Source: Octopus sinensis (lineage: Eukaryota). From it: a stretch of DNA of 64,000 bases. Below the pieces are notes generated by a model. The model was given only the letters and a program-made list of their open reading frames with translations. It was not told the DNA's origin and ran no database searches. The translations under genes and the position numbers were made by a program. Below are positions 25,630 through 37,595 of this stretch, piece after piece; the first letter of the stretch is position 1; every line of letters begins with the position of its first letter. Where the stretch lies: NCBI RefSeq assembly GCF_006345805.1, contig NC_043018.1, positions 9,796,001 to 9,860,000 of the forward strand, written 5' to 3'.

Positions 25630-25870
25630 CATTATTTACCTTATTTACATTTGACGGATATTTGTCCTCATCTTGTTTGTTGTTAACACAGTGTTTCGGC
25701 TGATATACCCTCCAGCCTTCTTCAGGTGTCTTGGGGAAATTTCAAACCTGGGTTCTCATTCCTAAGGTAGTTTTTGATGTTATTATTATTATTGTTATTG
25801 TTCAGGTCACTGCTTGGAATCGAACTTGGAATCTTGGGGTTAGTAGCCAGTGCTCTTAACCACTATGGCC
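25630..25870 (-). mobile_element. tRNA-headed SINE carrying a hammerhead-like motif
   Basis: A-box-like GGCCATAGTGG, B box GTTCGATTC (25817-25825 minus), (AAT)n linker, hammerhead motif, AT-rich tail. Confidence 0.6.
25685..25730 (-). ncRNA. Degenerate minimal type-I hammerhead motif inside a SINE
   Basis: Minus strand GACAC-CTGAAGA-A-GGCTG-(10 nt)-CAGCC-GAAAC-ACT-GTGTT; stems I and II pair, helix III/triplet mutated. Confidence 0.55.
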
Positions 25871-26264
25871 GGTTTGGCGTCAGGGTGTCGCGCATATTTG
25901 CAATGATGAAAAACCGCCACTTCTGTAAGCCCATGGGCATAGTCTATATAAAGACATAATATGTATTAAGTATATTTACAGTAATACATCTTTGAGTGAT
26001 TTTACGCTAACGTATATAAATCATAAAGTGATTAATTTTATTGTTAATGAGGCCTATTATTTCTAATGAAACCTCTTTGCTGTATTTTCTGCCATGCAAG
26101 TTTAATTTTTCAAACCAAAATTTACATCTCCCAAAAGAAGTCGGTTGATTTGTACACCAAAAAAACTTTGGAAGATCAATAATTCCATGTGACATGGAGC
26201 AGGATTTGGAAAAATAGTCTTTTTATTCACAAAAAAAAAAAAAACAATTTTCTTTATGGTCAGG

Positions 26265-26590
26265 TTCCAACCCAGGTCATAGCAACAAAGTCCACGCACC
26301 ATACTTCTCGATTCCTCATCTCTGCCTCAAGGTCCTGGACACATTCCAGACCAATGTCTGCAATCAGCTTGTTGATGTGTGATGACATTTTCTTCTTACG
26401 TCACCATGAAGTGGGTCCCACAAGACTAATTTGGATGCTTCCAGGGACCAGATAGTTACAATAGTCTTTGCCTGACCTTCTTGCTAACTTTCAGCAGGTC
26501 TCCGTAAAGGCATTCGTTTGTCATACGTTGCTGCCATTTCACCTTTAGGGCCTTAATGTTTGAACGTTTACACATGTTTACTCTATGTTG
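26265..26590 (-). mobile_element. Decayed RTE-X-like LINE C-terminal fragment
   Basis: Across stops and frameshifts: LKVKWQQRMTNECLYGDL..VS..VRQR.L.L.G / LWDPLHG / LIADIGLE..DL...M.NREVW. Confidence 0.6.
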
Positions 26591-26707
26591 ACCCGAATGC
26601 CAGACAATGTGGTATTTCTATTTTGGCCAAAACAGGAGATGGTGGGAAAAAAAATCTAATCTTTTATATTATTTATCTGTTTTTTTTTTTTTTGTCATTT
26701 CCTTTAG

Positions 26708-26845
26708 TTTGAAGAATCGTGGAAGGATCTTTGCGATTGGCTAGATTCTAGTGAAGATATGTTAACCTCATTCCTTACGCCGCAATTGCAAGCTGCTTCT
26801 ATGACACAAGTCGGCAAAATGAAAGACGAAATGGATGAACTGAAG
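26708..26845 (+). CDS. MACF1/DST: Spectraplakin exon 13 (FEESWKDLCDWLDSSE...DEMDELK), phase 0-0
   Basis: Aligns with the F.E.W..L.DWL helix that follows the KQD repeat in MACF1; canonical splice sites. Confidence 0.93.
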
Positions 26846-27729
26846 GTAAGTTAAAAGAAAAAACAAAACTAAATTAAGTATACTAATTATTATACTCATT
26901 AAAAATTCCTCATTTTCCTTAATTAATTTCATCATTATTTTTTTGCATCTAAATTTTAACAAATTTCATTGCTGTTCATTGAAGTAGTTTCGTCTGATTT
27001 ATTCATCTGGGTCCTAATTTAACCTAAAAATACAATTAGGCCCCCGAAATATATTGCTAATTCCAGATCTTAGCTTTAGTAAAGATGTTTATGGGTTTTT
27101 AGGAACCTGAAAATAAAGGACTAAAGACAGTTTTGTCTCATTTAAAGTTTAACTCTTGATGCTGTGAAAACATTTCATAAATCCTGAAGTTTTATTTTTT
27201 AAAATTTATAGTTGATGTATTCTTAGTGTTGCACTGACTACTGCCTGGTACACCCTTGCGTCACTAGGTGGCGCATGTTATCTAATTCTCCTTTGTCAAA
27301 GTGTGGGGTCTCCCTCATGTGACATTGCAAGTGTCCCTCATGTGACATTGTGGGTTTGCCCACATTTGACATTGTGAATCCCTCTTGTGTCACAGTATGT
27401 CTTCCTCTTGTGACATTGTGGGTCTCCTTTATGTCACAATGTATGTCTCCCTTGTGTGACTTGTGGATCTCTTCTTATGTCACAGTGTAGGTCTGGTCTA
27501 TCTAGTCTCTACAAACTGGTTTCCATTGTGTCCCTTTGGTGTTGCAGTGACCCCAACCTCCATTTTCTCCAGTGCTACAGTAACCACTTCTTATGATGCT
27601 GAGTTTTAGATCTTCGCATCAACTGATGTGGATTTCTTTAAAGGTACTCAATAAGTTAGAACTGTTTTATCTTCAGTTTCATAAAGTCATTAGAAATAGA
27701 ATTTATATATGTGTATGTATATTTTATAT

Positions 27730-28113
27730 ATATGATGGCTGTCCACTCGTGACTGAGGAAGACCATTGCTGATCTTCAGGAACATTGTGCGCTCTAGGAC
27801 TAACTTATATTTTGCATTTGTGGCTCCGTTGGTGGCTAATGAGCCCTGCTCTTGACAAGCATACACGACTGCAAACATTGCAGACCAAGCTTTCCCCATT
27901 CACTATACGAGCCGTGCGCTTTTGCGGAGCTCGCTTAAGTTCTTCATGCTGGATACATGCTCTCTCAAAAGTGTCGATCCCCTCCTTAACCTGCTTCCTC
28001 CATCTGTGGCGATGACAGGCATTGTTCTCCCAGTCAGTGTCCTGCATATCACAGGCCTTTAATGAGGACTTGACACAGTCCTTAAATTGCAGCCTTGGTT
28101 TCTGCTGGAGTCT
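27730..28113 (-). mobile_element. 5'-truncated RTE-clade LINE 3' end
   Basis: KPRLQFKDCVKSSLKACDMQDTDWE..A..R.RWR..V..G..FE..C..CSR.C.SR.GL.SH.R.H (C-terminal C2H2 motif of RTE ORF) plus short 3'UTR. Confidence 0.85.
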
Positions 28114-28118
28114 CCTTT

Positions 28119-28179
<61 letters not shown>

Positions 28180-28637
28180 TATATACGTGTGTCGCACAGT
28201 GGTGGGAGACAGACACAAGCACATAGATAAACACACACACACCACAGGATTCTTTTTAGTTTCCATCTAACAAATCCACTCACAAGGCTTTGGCCAGCCT
28301 GAGGCTATAGCAGAAGACACTAGGCCAAGGTGCCATGCAGTGGGACCGAACCTGGACCACACGGCCACTCTTAAACCCCCACTTTAGTCATTTACCATTA
28401 TTAAAATTTCTATTGTTTCTGTTATTTCCAAATCAGATGAAAGGTCAGGTCAACGTTTATTGCTTTTCATTCCTTGAATTTTTTTTATTCGAGCTTTTTG
28501 TTTTCTTCTCTCCTCTACCCCACCCCATCCCCACTACATATGCTACCACCTCTACCCTGCTTTCTTTCTTACTTTTTTTTTCCTTCTCCATCTCTCAATT
28601 TGTTTTGTTATTGTTGCTTATCTTTTTGACGTCTCAG

Positions 28638-28688
28638 CCAAAACCAGTGGATATGGAAACCCGTATAAGCCAATTGCTCCATGTCAAG
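28638..28688 (+). CDS. Candidate 51-nt cassette exon (PKPVDMETRISQLLHVK in phase 0; KTSGYGNPYKPIAPCQ in phase 1)
   Basis: Pyrimidine-rich tract + tctcAG, AAG|GTATAC donor, length divisible by 3, open in the host frame; (T)GCATG motifs downstream. Confidence 0.4.
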
Positions 28689-29446
28689 GTATACCAAACC
28701 AGTACATATATACATATACGCCATTCTGTTTCTTTAGCATGTTGTCAGTCCTGCTTTATATCGATTTGTCTTTGATTATGTTGCATTTAGAATCTCATCC
28801 AAACTTTCTTTTCTTTTGTATCTTATTTTTTTTTATTCCTTATTAATGTAAAAAAAACCCAAAGTACCAACGAAGCATTTGTTGTACTTCTTAGACAAAG
28901 TACGAAGCTGCATGTCACTTCTCAACCTCTTGCATTATTACTTCATTATTCTGTCTGCAATGTATGTCTGGCACAGCCCAATGCACTTTTAGAATTCTTT
29001 AAAATGGTTTATTATTATTATTATTTTTATTTACTTTTATTTGTTATTTATGGTTTCCTTTTTGTTAAGCCCATGCATGATATTCTTTTCCTTGTGGGTT
29101 TATATTTCTCTCTCTTCATTTTATATTTCATTTTTGTCATGGTTTTTGTGGGATCTCTTTTACTGTCTTTTTATTTATGTATTTTCTTGGGGACTTGATT
29201 CTTTGGTTATTTAAGAAGAAGAAGATTATTTGGACATTTTCAAATAAGATGTGTTTTTGGAAGGCAGACAGTTCTGCTAAACTATCTTATTCATTTATTT
29301 GGCTTTCAATAGTGAGATATGAATATATATATATATACAAATAAGAAAATGGAGAAACGAATATGGTTTGTTCATCAACTTACGGATATTATATTGTTGG
29401 ATTATTTGTAGAATGAATAAATAATCTAACATTGTAATATACTCTT

Positions 29447-29650
29447 TACTCTCTTTACTCTTTTACTTGTTTCAGTCATTTGACTGCGGCCATGCTGGAG
29501 CACCACCTTTAGTCGAGCAAATCGACCCCAGGACTTATTCTTTGTAAGCCTAGTACTTATTCTATCGGTCTCTTTTGCCGAACCGCTAAGTGATGGGGAC
29601 ATAAACACACCAGCATCGGTTGTCAAGCAATGCTAGGGGGACAAACACAG

Positions 29651-29691
<41 letters not shown>

Positions 29692-29851
29692 CATATATAC
29701 GACAGGCTTCTTTCAGTTTCCGTCTACCAAATCCACTCACAAGGCATTGGTCAGTCCGAGGCTATAGCAGAAGACACTTGCCCAAGATGCCACGCAGTGG
29801 GACTGAACCCGGAACCATGTGGTTGGTTAGCAAGCTACTTACCACACAGCC
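29447..29851 (-). mobile_element. SINE family B, near full-length copy (tRNA-like head, internal CA/TA microsatellite)
   Basis: Minus strand head ggctgtgtggtaagtagcttg...gggttcagtccc. Similar copies about 2250-2520, 14035-14210, 21770-21940, 23365-23965, 28180-28370, 35745-36390, 39500-39750, 42300-42720, 48460-49280, 52305-52800, 53250-53605, 55100-55260. Confidence 0.85.
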
Positions 29852-30205
29852 GTTGATGAACAAACTAAATTTGTTTCTCCATTTTCTTATTTGTTTTATA
29901 AATTTACGGTAAAAGTATTTATTTACCTTCACCTGTTTAATACAATCAATGAACTAATTGCATTGCAATTAAAAACATTTATGTATTAAGAATTTGGATA
30001 AATGATATCCCATAGTGGGTTACACCCATAACCCTTATCTTACTTTGTACTATATATATATATATATAAATATGTAGAAAAATACAAACTGGGACAAGAA
30101 CGTAAAACATTTAGAAGACGATACAAAAAACACGGACGGGACATTCGAAGCCTTCAATCTTCAGTCAAGAACCGGATCATCCTAGCAATTTCGGCTGATT
30201 TTAGA

Positions 30206-30236
<31 letters not shown>

Positions 30237-31765
30237 ATATATTCTAAAATCGTAGACTTGAATAAAAGACTCTTTTTGAAGTTATGTTTAAATATTTTAT
30301 TTTGGAATACCATCTTCACCATTTAGACATGTTGCCTCTTCTCGCTAGCCATAAACACAGTGTACCCTAACAGGATGTACATCAGTGTAACCTAATTGTT
30401 ATTAATTTAACTATCTACTATGATAAAATCCAATGTCACCACCAGTTTCATTTTAAAGTTACCATTAAATGTTGAATTGTTCCACTGTCGGCTTGAAAAC
30501 CAGGAAAAGACTTTTGGAATTGTAGCTAAACTTTATCATTTCAATGTTTTTAGACCAGTTCTGTTACATATCGATTCTGATAATGATGTGCCTTGTCTTT
30601 TCCCGTCAATTCATCTTGCTATCATCTATTTACGCATCAACTGTTTCTTTTATTCTTACTACTACTACTATTACATGTAGACCTTTTCCCTCCTCCTCTG
30701 AATATGTGTCACAGTTCACCTATTACAGTTGTTAATTAACTATAGGTAAATTAGTGTTAACATTTGATTAATTAGAAACCGTATTGTGGTGAGGAAAAGA
30801 TACCAGGTTATCAACAAATAGTAAATAATTTTTTTCAAATATGGGAGACAACTCCTGTCCTCTTTCAGTCTTATTAGATCTCCTCAATGAAACAGATTTC
30901 ACTGTATTTGGTGAAGTATCACTGATGAGAAATGGTTGAATGGTCTAAAGGGAACTGTTTCACCAATGCAACAGACATGTTGAGAAATCATCCATTGCAT
31001 TCGTGTAGTGTGCAATGGACATATTTAGACTTGTGTCAGTGGTGTATCATATAACAATCTGGACATTTGTCAACATTTGTCAACAAAGTGACAGTCTCGA
31101 CATGTCAGTTGTGTGCAGTATGAGAAATTTGACATTTATCATCCAATTTTTTTTTTCGAATAGTCCCTATAAGAAAGCCGGAAACCTTTGTAATTCGAAG
31201 TAAGACTATGGAAGCCCTTAACAGATCTAGTGAAGTTGGACAAATGTCAGGTGAAAAGTGAAGCCCAAAACATTTACCTGATCTTTCAGGTGAGCTTTAA
31301 ATGTTAGGGCCACCAATGACTCTAATTGCATAAATACAACACTACCTATAGGGACCTAAATAGTCTTTTAAAATATATATGATAACAGAACCCTACTGAG
31401 CACAAAATCTTCTGTTGCTATGACTACAGCCACATCAATCCAGAAATTTTCTATTCCTACATTTACAGTTTCTGAGAATGAATACAGCACCATTTCCTTT
31501 GTCATCCGATAATTTCTATTGAAGGGAGACAATTCCATGTTGTCTGAACTGTTTAGTGGAAAATGGATTTTGCTGAAAAATTTGAATTATGGAAATTTAA
31601 TATTTTGTAAAAAAATAAAATATATTTCCCTGCAATACAACAAAGAAAAAAAAATTTATTAGAAAAAATACTGCAAATAAACTTGTTAAGAAATTCTTAA
31701 AAATTGCAACCAGATTTATAGTTGAGATATAAGTTTGACTGTGAATAAAGTTGAATGCAATGTTA

Positions 31766-32475
31766 GTGTTTCTCAGTCATTATCACTCTTCATTGAATGT
31801 GTTTGTCAGTCAATATCAGTCTTCACTGAATGTGTTTGTCAGTCATTATCACTCTTCACTGAATGTGTTTGTCAGTCAGTGTCACTCTTCACTGAATGTG
31901 TTTGTCAGTCATTATCACTCTTCACTGAATGTGTTTGTCAGTCATTATCACTCTTCACTGAATGTGTTTGTCAGTCAGTGTCACTCTTCACTAAATGTGT
32001 TTGTCAGTCATTATCACTCTTCACTGAATGTGTTTGTCAGTCAGTGTCACTCTTCACTAAATGTGTTTGTCAGTCATTATCACTCTTCACTGAATGTGTT
32101 TGTCAGTCGTTATCACTCTTCACTGAATGTGTTTGTCAGTCATTATCACTCTTCACTGAATGTCTTTGTCAGTCATTATCACTCTTCACTGAATGTGTTT
32201 GTCAGTCAGTATCACTCTTCACTGAATGTGTTTGTCAGTCATCACTCTTCACTGAATGTGTTTGTCAGTCATCATTCTTTACTAAATGTGTTTGTCAGTC
32301 ATTATCACTCTTCACTAAATGTGTTTGTCAGTCATTATCACTCTTCACTAAATGTGTTTGTCAGTCATTATCACTCTTCACTAAATGTGTTTGTCAGTCA
32401 TTATCACTCCTCACTGAATGCATTTGTCAGTCATTATCACTCTTCACTGAATGTATTTGTCAATCTGTATCATTC
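31766..32475. repeat. 33-bp minisatellite, about 21 copies, decaying to the right
   Basis: Unit gtgtttgtcagtcattatcactcttcactgaat. Confidence 0.95.
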
Positions 32476-33149
32476 TTAATTGATTGTCAGTCTATATTAA
32501 TCTTTTTTATCATTCTTCAGTCAATATGTTTGTCAGTCTTTTATATCACTCTTCAATCGATCACAATTTGCTTGTCAAATATTCTGTTCTCTTTTTTCTT
32601 TTTTCTATTCTTAATTCTTCATTTTGCATTTTTGAAATGTATTTTTGAATTGTTGTTTCATGAAACTCTTTTAATGGAATTGTGGCGCCATCTTCACATC
32701 TTCTTCACTCATTTTACACTTTTCTTCTGTTATGTCTCTTTTCACCTTCTGTTGCACTCATGGCAAATAAAAGAAATTATTATTATTATTATTATCATTA
32801 TTATTATTTAAGGTGGCAAGCTGGCAGAATCGTTAGCACGCCAGGCGAAATGCTTAGTGGTATTTTGTCTGCAGCTATGCTCTGAGTTCAAATTCCATCA
32901 AGGTCGATTTTGCCTTTCATCCTTTCGGGGCTGATAAATTAAATACCAATGAAATACTGGGGTTGATGCAATTGATTACCCCCTCCTCCAAAATTGCTGC
33001 CCTTGTGGCAAAATTTGAAACCATTATTATTATTATTATTATTAAGGTGGCAAGCTGGCAGAATCATTAGCATGCCGGGCGAAATCCTTAGCGGTATTTC
33101 ATCTGTTGCTATGCTCTGGGTTCAAATTCTGCCAAGGTTGACATACACA

Positions 33150-34680
33150 AAGATAGACACGCACACACACGAAGATGGGGACACACACACACTGATGGAC
33201 AGACACATACACATTGATGGACAGACACACACACTGATGGACAGACACATACACATTGATGGACAGACACACACACTGATGGACAGACACATACACTGAT
33301 GGACAGACACATACACTGATGGACAGACACATACACTGATGGACAGACACATACACACTGATGGACAGACACACACACTGATGGACAGACACACACACTG
33401 ATGGACAGACACACACACACTGATGGACAGACACACACACTGATGGACAGACCATACACATTGATGGACAGACACATACACATTGATGGACAGACACACA
33501 CTGATGGACAACACACACACTGATGGACAGACACATACACACTGATGGACAGACCACACACTGATGGACAGACACATACACATTGATGGACACACACACA
33601 CTGATGACAGACACATACACATTGATGACAGACACACACACACTGATGACAGACACACACACACTGATGGACAGACACATACACATTGATGACAGACACA
33701 TACACTGATGGACAGACACACACACTGATGGACAACACATACACATTGATGGACAGACCACACACTGATGGACAGACACATACACATTGATGGACGACAC
33801 ATACACACTGATGGACAGACACACACACTGATGGACAGACACATACACATTGATGGACAGACACACACACTGATGGACAGACACATACACATTGATGGAC
33901 AGACACATACACACTGATGGACAGACACACACACACTGATGGACAGACACGTACACATTGATGGACAGACACACACACTGATGGACAGACACACACACAC
34001 TGATGGACAGACACATACACATTGATGGACAGACACATACACACTGATGGACAGACACACACACTGATGGACAGACACATACACATTGATGGACACACAC
34101 ACACTGATGGACAGACACCACACTGATGGACAGACACATACACTTGATGGACAGACACACACACACTGATGGACAGACACATACACATTGATGGACAGAC
34201 ACATACACACTGATGGACAGACACACACACACTGATGGACAGACACGTACACATTGATGGACAACACACACACTGAGGACAGACACACACACACACTGAG
34301 GACAGACACATACACATTGATGGACAGACACATACACACTGATGGACAACACACACACTGATGGACAGACACATACACATTGATGGACAGACACACACAC
34401 TGATGGACAGACACACACACTGATGACAGACACATACACATTGATGGACAGACACATACACATTGATGGACAGACACATACACACTGATGGACAGACACA
34501 CACACTGATGGACAGACACAACACATTGATGGACAGACACACAACACTGATGGACAGACACACACACTGATGGACAGACACACACACACTGATGGACAGA
34601 CACATACACATTGATGGACAGACACATACACATTGATGGACAGACACACACACTGATGGACTGGTGCACACACACACAGA
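33150..34680. repeat. 20-24-bp (CA)-derived minisatellite, about 1.5 kb
   Basis: Unit tgatggacagacacatacacat and variants; starts where a family A SINE is truncated. Confidence 0.95.
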
Positions 34681-35246
34681 TGGACAGGCACGCGTGCACA
34701 CACACTCACTCACTCATGTACAGACACAAATATGCACAGGCATGTGCATATAGACATACATATCAACGCGTACACCAATACATACGTGCACACACACATT
34801 CTCACACACACACACGCATTCTGTCCTAACTCTGTTTAAATACATCATATTGATGTATTTAAACAGACTTTCTGGCTACAGTGTACTCAATGGCTGATCA
34901 ATATTGCCATTAATAATGTAATAATAATACCACCAAATATATACACACACACACAGATACATACACTACACATATACATACATACACAACATATACACAT
35001 GTAATACACTAAACACATACACCTATATATATATATATATATATATATGTATACTGACATATGAATATGCACACATATATACACATGTATATACATATGT
35101 GCACACATATATACACATGTATATACATATGTGCACACATATATACACACATGTATATACATATGTGCACATATACATACACACACATATATACATACAT
35201 ATATATATATATATATGTATAATATACACATACATACATATGCATG

Positions 35247-35278
<32 letters not shown>

Positions 35279-35953
35279 ATATATATATATATACACACAC
35301 ACACACATATCTATAAACACATACACATGTATGTATGTATGTATAATCTCAAAGCAAATTGAACAATCGTTTTGTCTTGAATATGTTTACATTGAGCTGA
35401 ACCCTAACTTTCTCTCTGAGGCCCTTATATCTATATTGGCTTAACCCCTAACCTCTACTCTTTCCGCTCTATTACAGTTCTGTTAATCAAGCTCTTATCT
35501 ATATTAAAGTCCAAAGACTTCCCTGACTTCACAATATATTCTCTCTCCTCTGTTGAACTCTCAAAATAAATTAGCTTTCAATTAAATTATCTTATAAATT
35601 GTTGTTAATTGATTTAGTTTGTGTATTTGCTTTGCAAGATTCTTGATGTGGAATCATCTGTTGAAACAGACACTGTTATAGTTGGGGATGGTCATCTTTG
35701 GCCAGTTAAACACATGGTATTCATTTAATTATTTGTTTTTCTTTTACTTGTTTCTGTCATTTGACTGTGGCCATGCTGGAGCTCACTTCTTTGAGTGGTT
35801 TCAGTCAAATAAATCAACCCCAGGACTTAATTCTTAAGTCAAGTACTTATTCTATTAGTCTCTTTCGCCAAACTGCTAAGCCTTGGGGATGTAAACACAC
35901 CAACACCAGTTGTTAAATGGTGATGGGGACAAAGACACACACACACATAGATT

Positions 35954-35996
<43 letters not shown>

Positions 35997-36390
35997 GCTT
36001 CTTTCAGTTTCCATCTGCCAAATTCACTCAATAACTTTGGGTAGCCCGAGGCTATAGTAGAAGGCACTTGCCCAAGGTGCCACACAGTAGGACTGAACCT
36101 GGAACCATGTGGTTGGGAAGCACATTTTTATGCTCATCAAAGAGTTTGTCCTTGCAGTTAAAGTATATTAATATTCTATCCGTAGCTGTATGGTTAAGAA
36201 GCTCACTTTGCAACCACATGGTTTTGGGTTCCATCCTACTGTGTGACACCTTGGCCAAGTGTCAAGTGTTTTCCACCATACTCCCCATGCTAACCTATGC
36301 TTTCTGAGTGAATTTCATAGGCAAAGACTGTACAAAAGCCAGTTGCATGTAAGTGTTTTGTGCCTGTGTTTGTCCTTATACTGTTTGTTT

Positions 36391-36650
36391 GACTAAAATC
36401 CTTCAAGGTCGCAGTCCAGTGACTAAAACCCTTCAAGGTCATAGTCCAGTGACTAAAACCCATCAAGGTCGCAGTCCAGTGACTAAAACCTTCAAGGTCA
36501 TAGTCCAGTGACTAAAACCCTTCAAGGTCACAGTCCAGCGACTAAAACCTTCAAGGTTGCAGTCCAGCGACTAAACCCTTCAAGGTTGCAGTCCAATGAC
36601 TAAAACCCTTCAAGGTCGCAGTCCAGTGACTAAAACCCTTCAAGATCGCA
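36391..36650. repeat. 30-bp minisatellite, about 9 copies
   Basis: Unit gactaaaacccttcaaggtcgcagtccagt at 36391, 36421, 36451, 36481 and onward. Confidence 0.93.
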
Positions 36651-37174
36651 CATAAAAGCACCCTTTGCACTCTCGGAGTGGTTGATGTTAGGAAGGGCAT
36701 CCAGCTTTAGAAACTCTGCCAGATCAGATTGGAGCCTGGTGCAGCCATCTGGTTCGCCAGTCCTCAATCAAATCGTCCAACCCATGCCAGCATGGAAAGT
36801 GGACGTTAAACAATGATGATGATTTTGTGTCTTCCCTTATCCAAGAGGAGACTCATGTGACAGTCACCGATGAGGACACGGAGTGTGTGGTGAAAGAACT
36901 TTGACAGAAAAATAAACCAAAAATAATACGAATACAAACAAAAAAGACCAAATAAACAGTGCGTGTGTTTAATTAGCCAGAAATGGCCATCCCCAAATAT
37001 AACAATATCTTTCAACACGCGATTTCACATCAAGAATCTTGCAAAATAAATGCGTAAATGTAAAAAAATATTTTTAGTTGTTGCAAAATTTCAAACTTAA
37101 AATATTTTGAAATAATACATTTCTAAATCTCCCGGAGAGATTTATGCCATAGCAACATGACAAAGTGATGGTTT

Positions 37175-37595
37175 GTTGTCAACTTAATGTGACAGTCCCA
37201 TGAAAGGGAAGAATGCTACTGTTATTTAGCCCTAGGAAACACTGTTTCCTGTTGCTATCATTTTATCGTGCTGCTTCTGCATAAATCTCTTTGAGAGATT
37301 TAGAAATATATTATTTCTATTTTCAAAAATCAGTGAATGTATTTCACTCGAAATATGTTTTCAAAGGCTGATAGGCATCGACAGCTAGCAAGCCATGCTA
37401 CACCAGACTGATGATGAGCAATGACTCTGAAACTAGTCTCTGGATGCTGACTTTGCTGGGTGGAAGTGCTTGTCTTTACTTTGAAAACATAAGGACAGAG
37501 GAAATGTGTCAAGTCCAACAGGAAACAGTGTTTCCTAGGGCTAAATAACAGTAGCATTCTTCCCTTTCATGGGACTGTCACATTAAGTTGACAAC
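37175..37595. repeat. Perfect 80-bp inverted repeat with 261-bp spacer
   Basis: 37175-37254 is the exact reverse complement of 37516-37595. Confidence 0.95.
37403..37443 (+). ncRNA. Minimal type-I hammerhead ribozyme motif (Penelope-like)
   Basis: Stem I CCAGA/TCTGG, CTGATGA core, stem II GAG/CTC, GAAA, palindromic helix III ACTAGT, GTC cleavage triplet. Confidence 0.65.

Noticed and set aside
31735-32811. 358-aa and 242-aa ORFs
   Set aside because: Products of a 33-bp (multiple of 3) minisatellite; no splice or domain support
33099-34713. Three 527-536-aa Cys/Val-rich minus-strand ORFs
   Set aside because: Translation of a stop-free CA-derived minisatellite in all three frames
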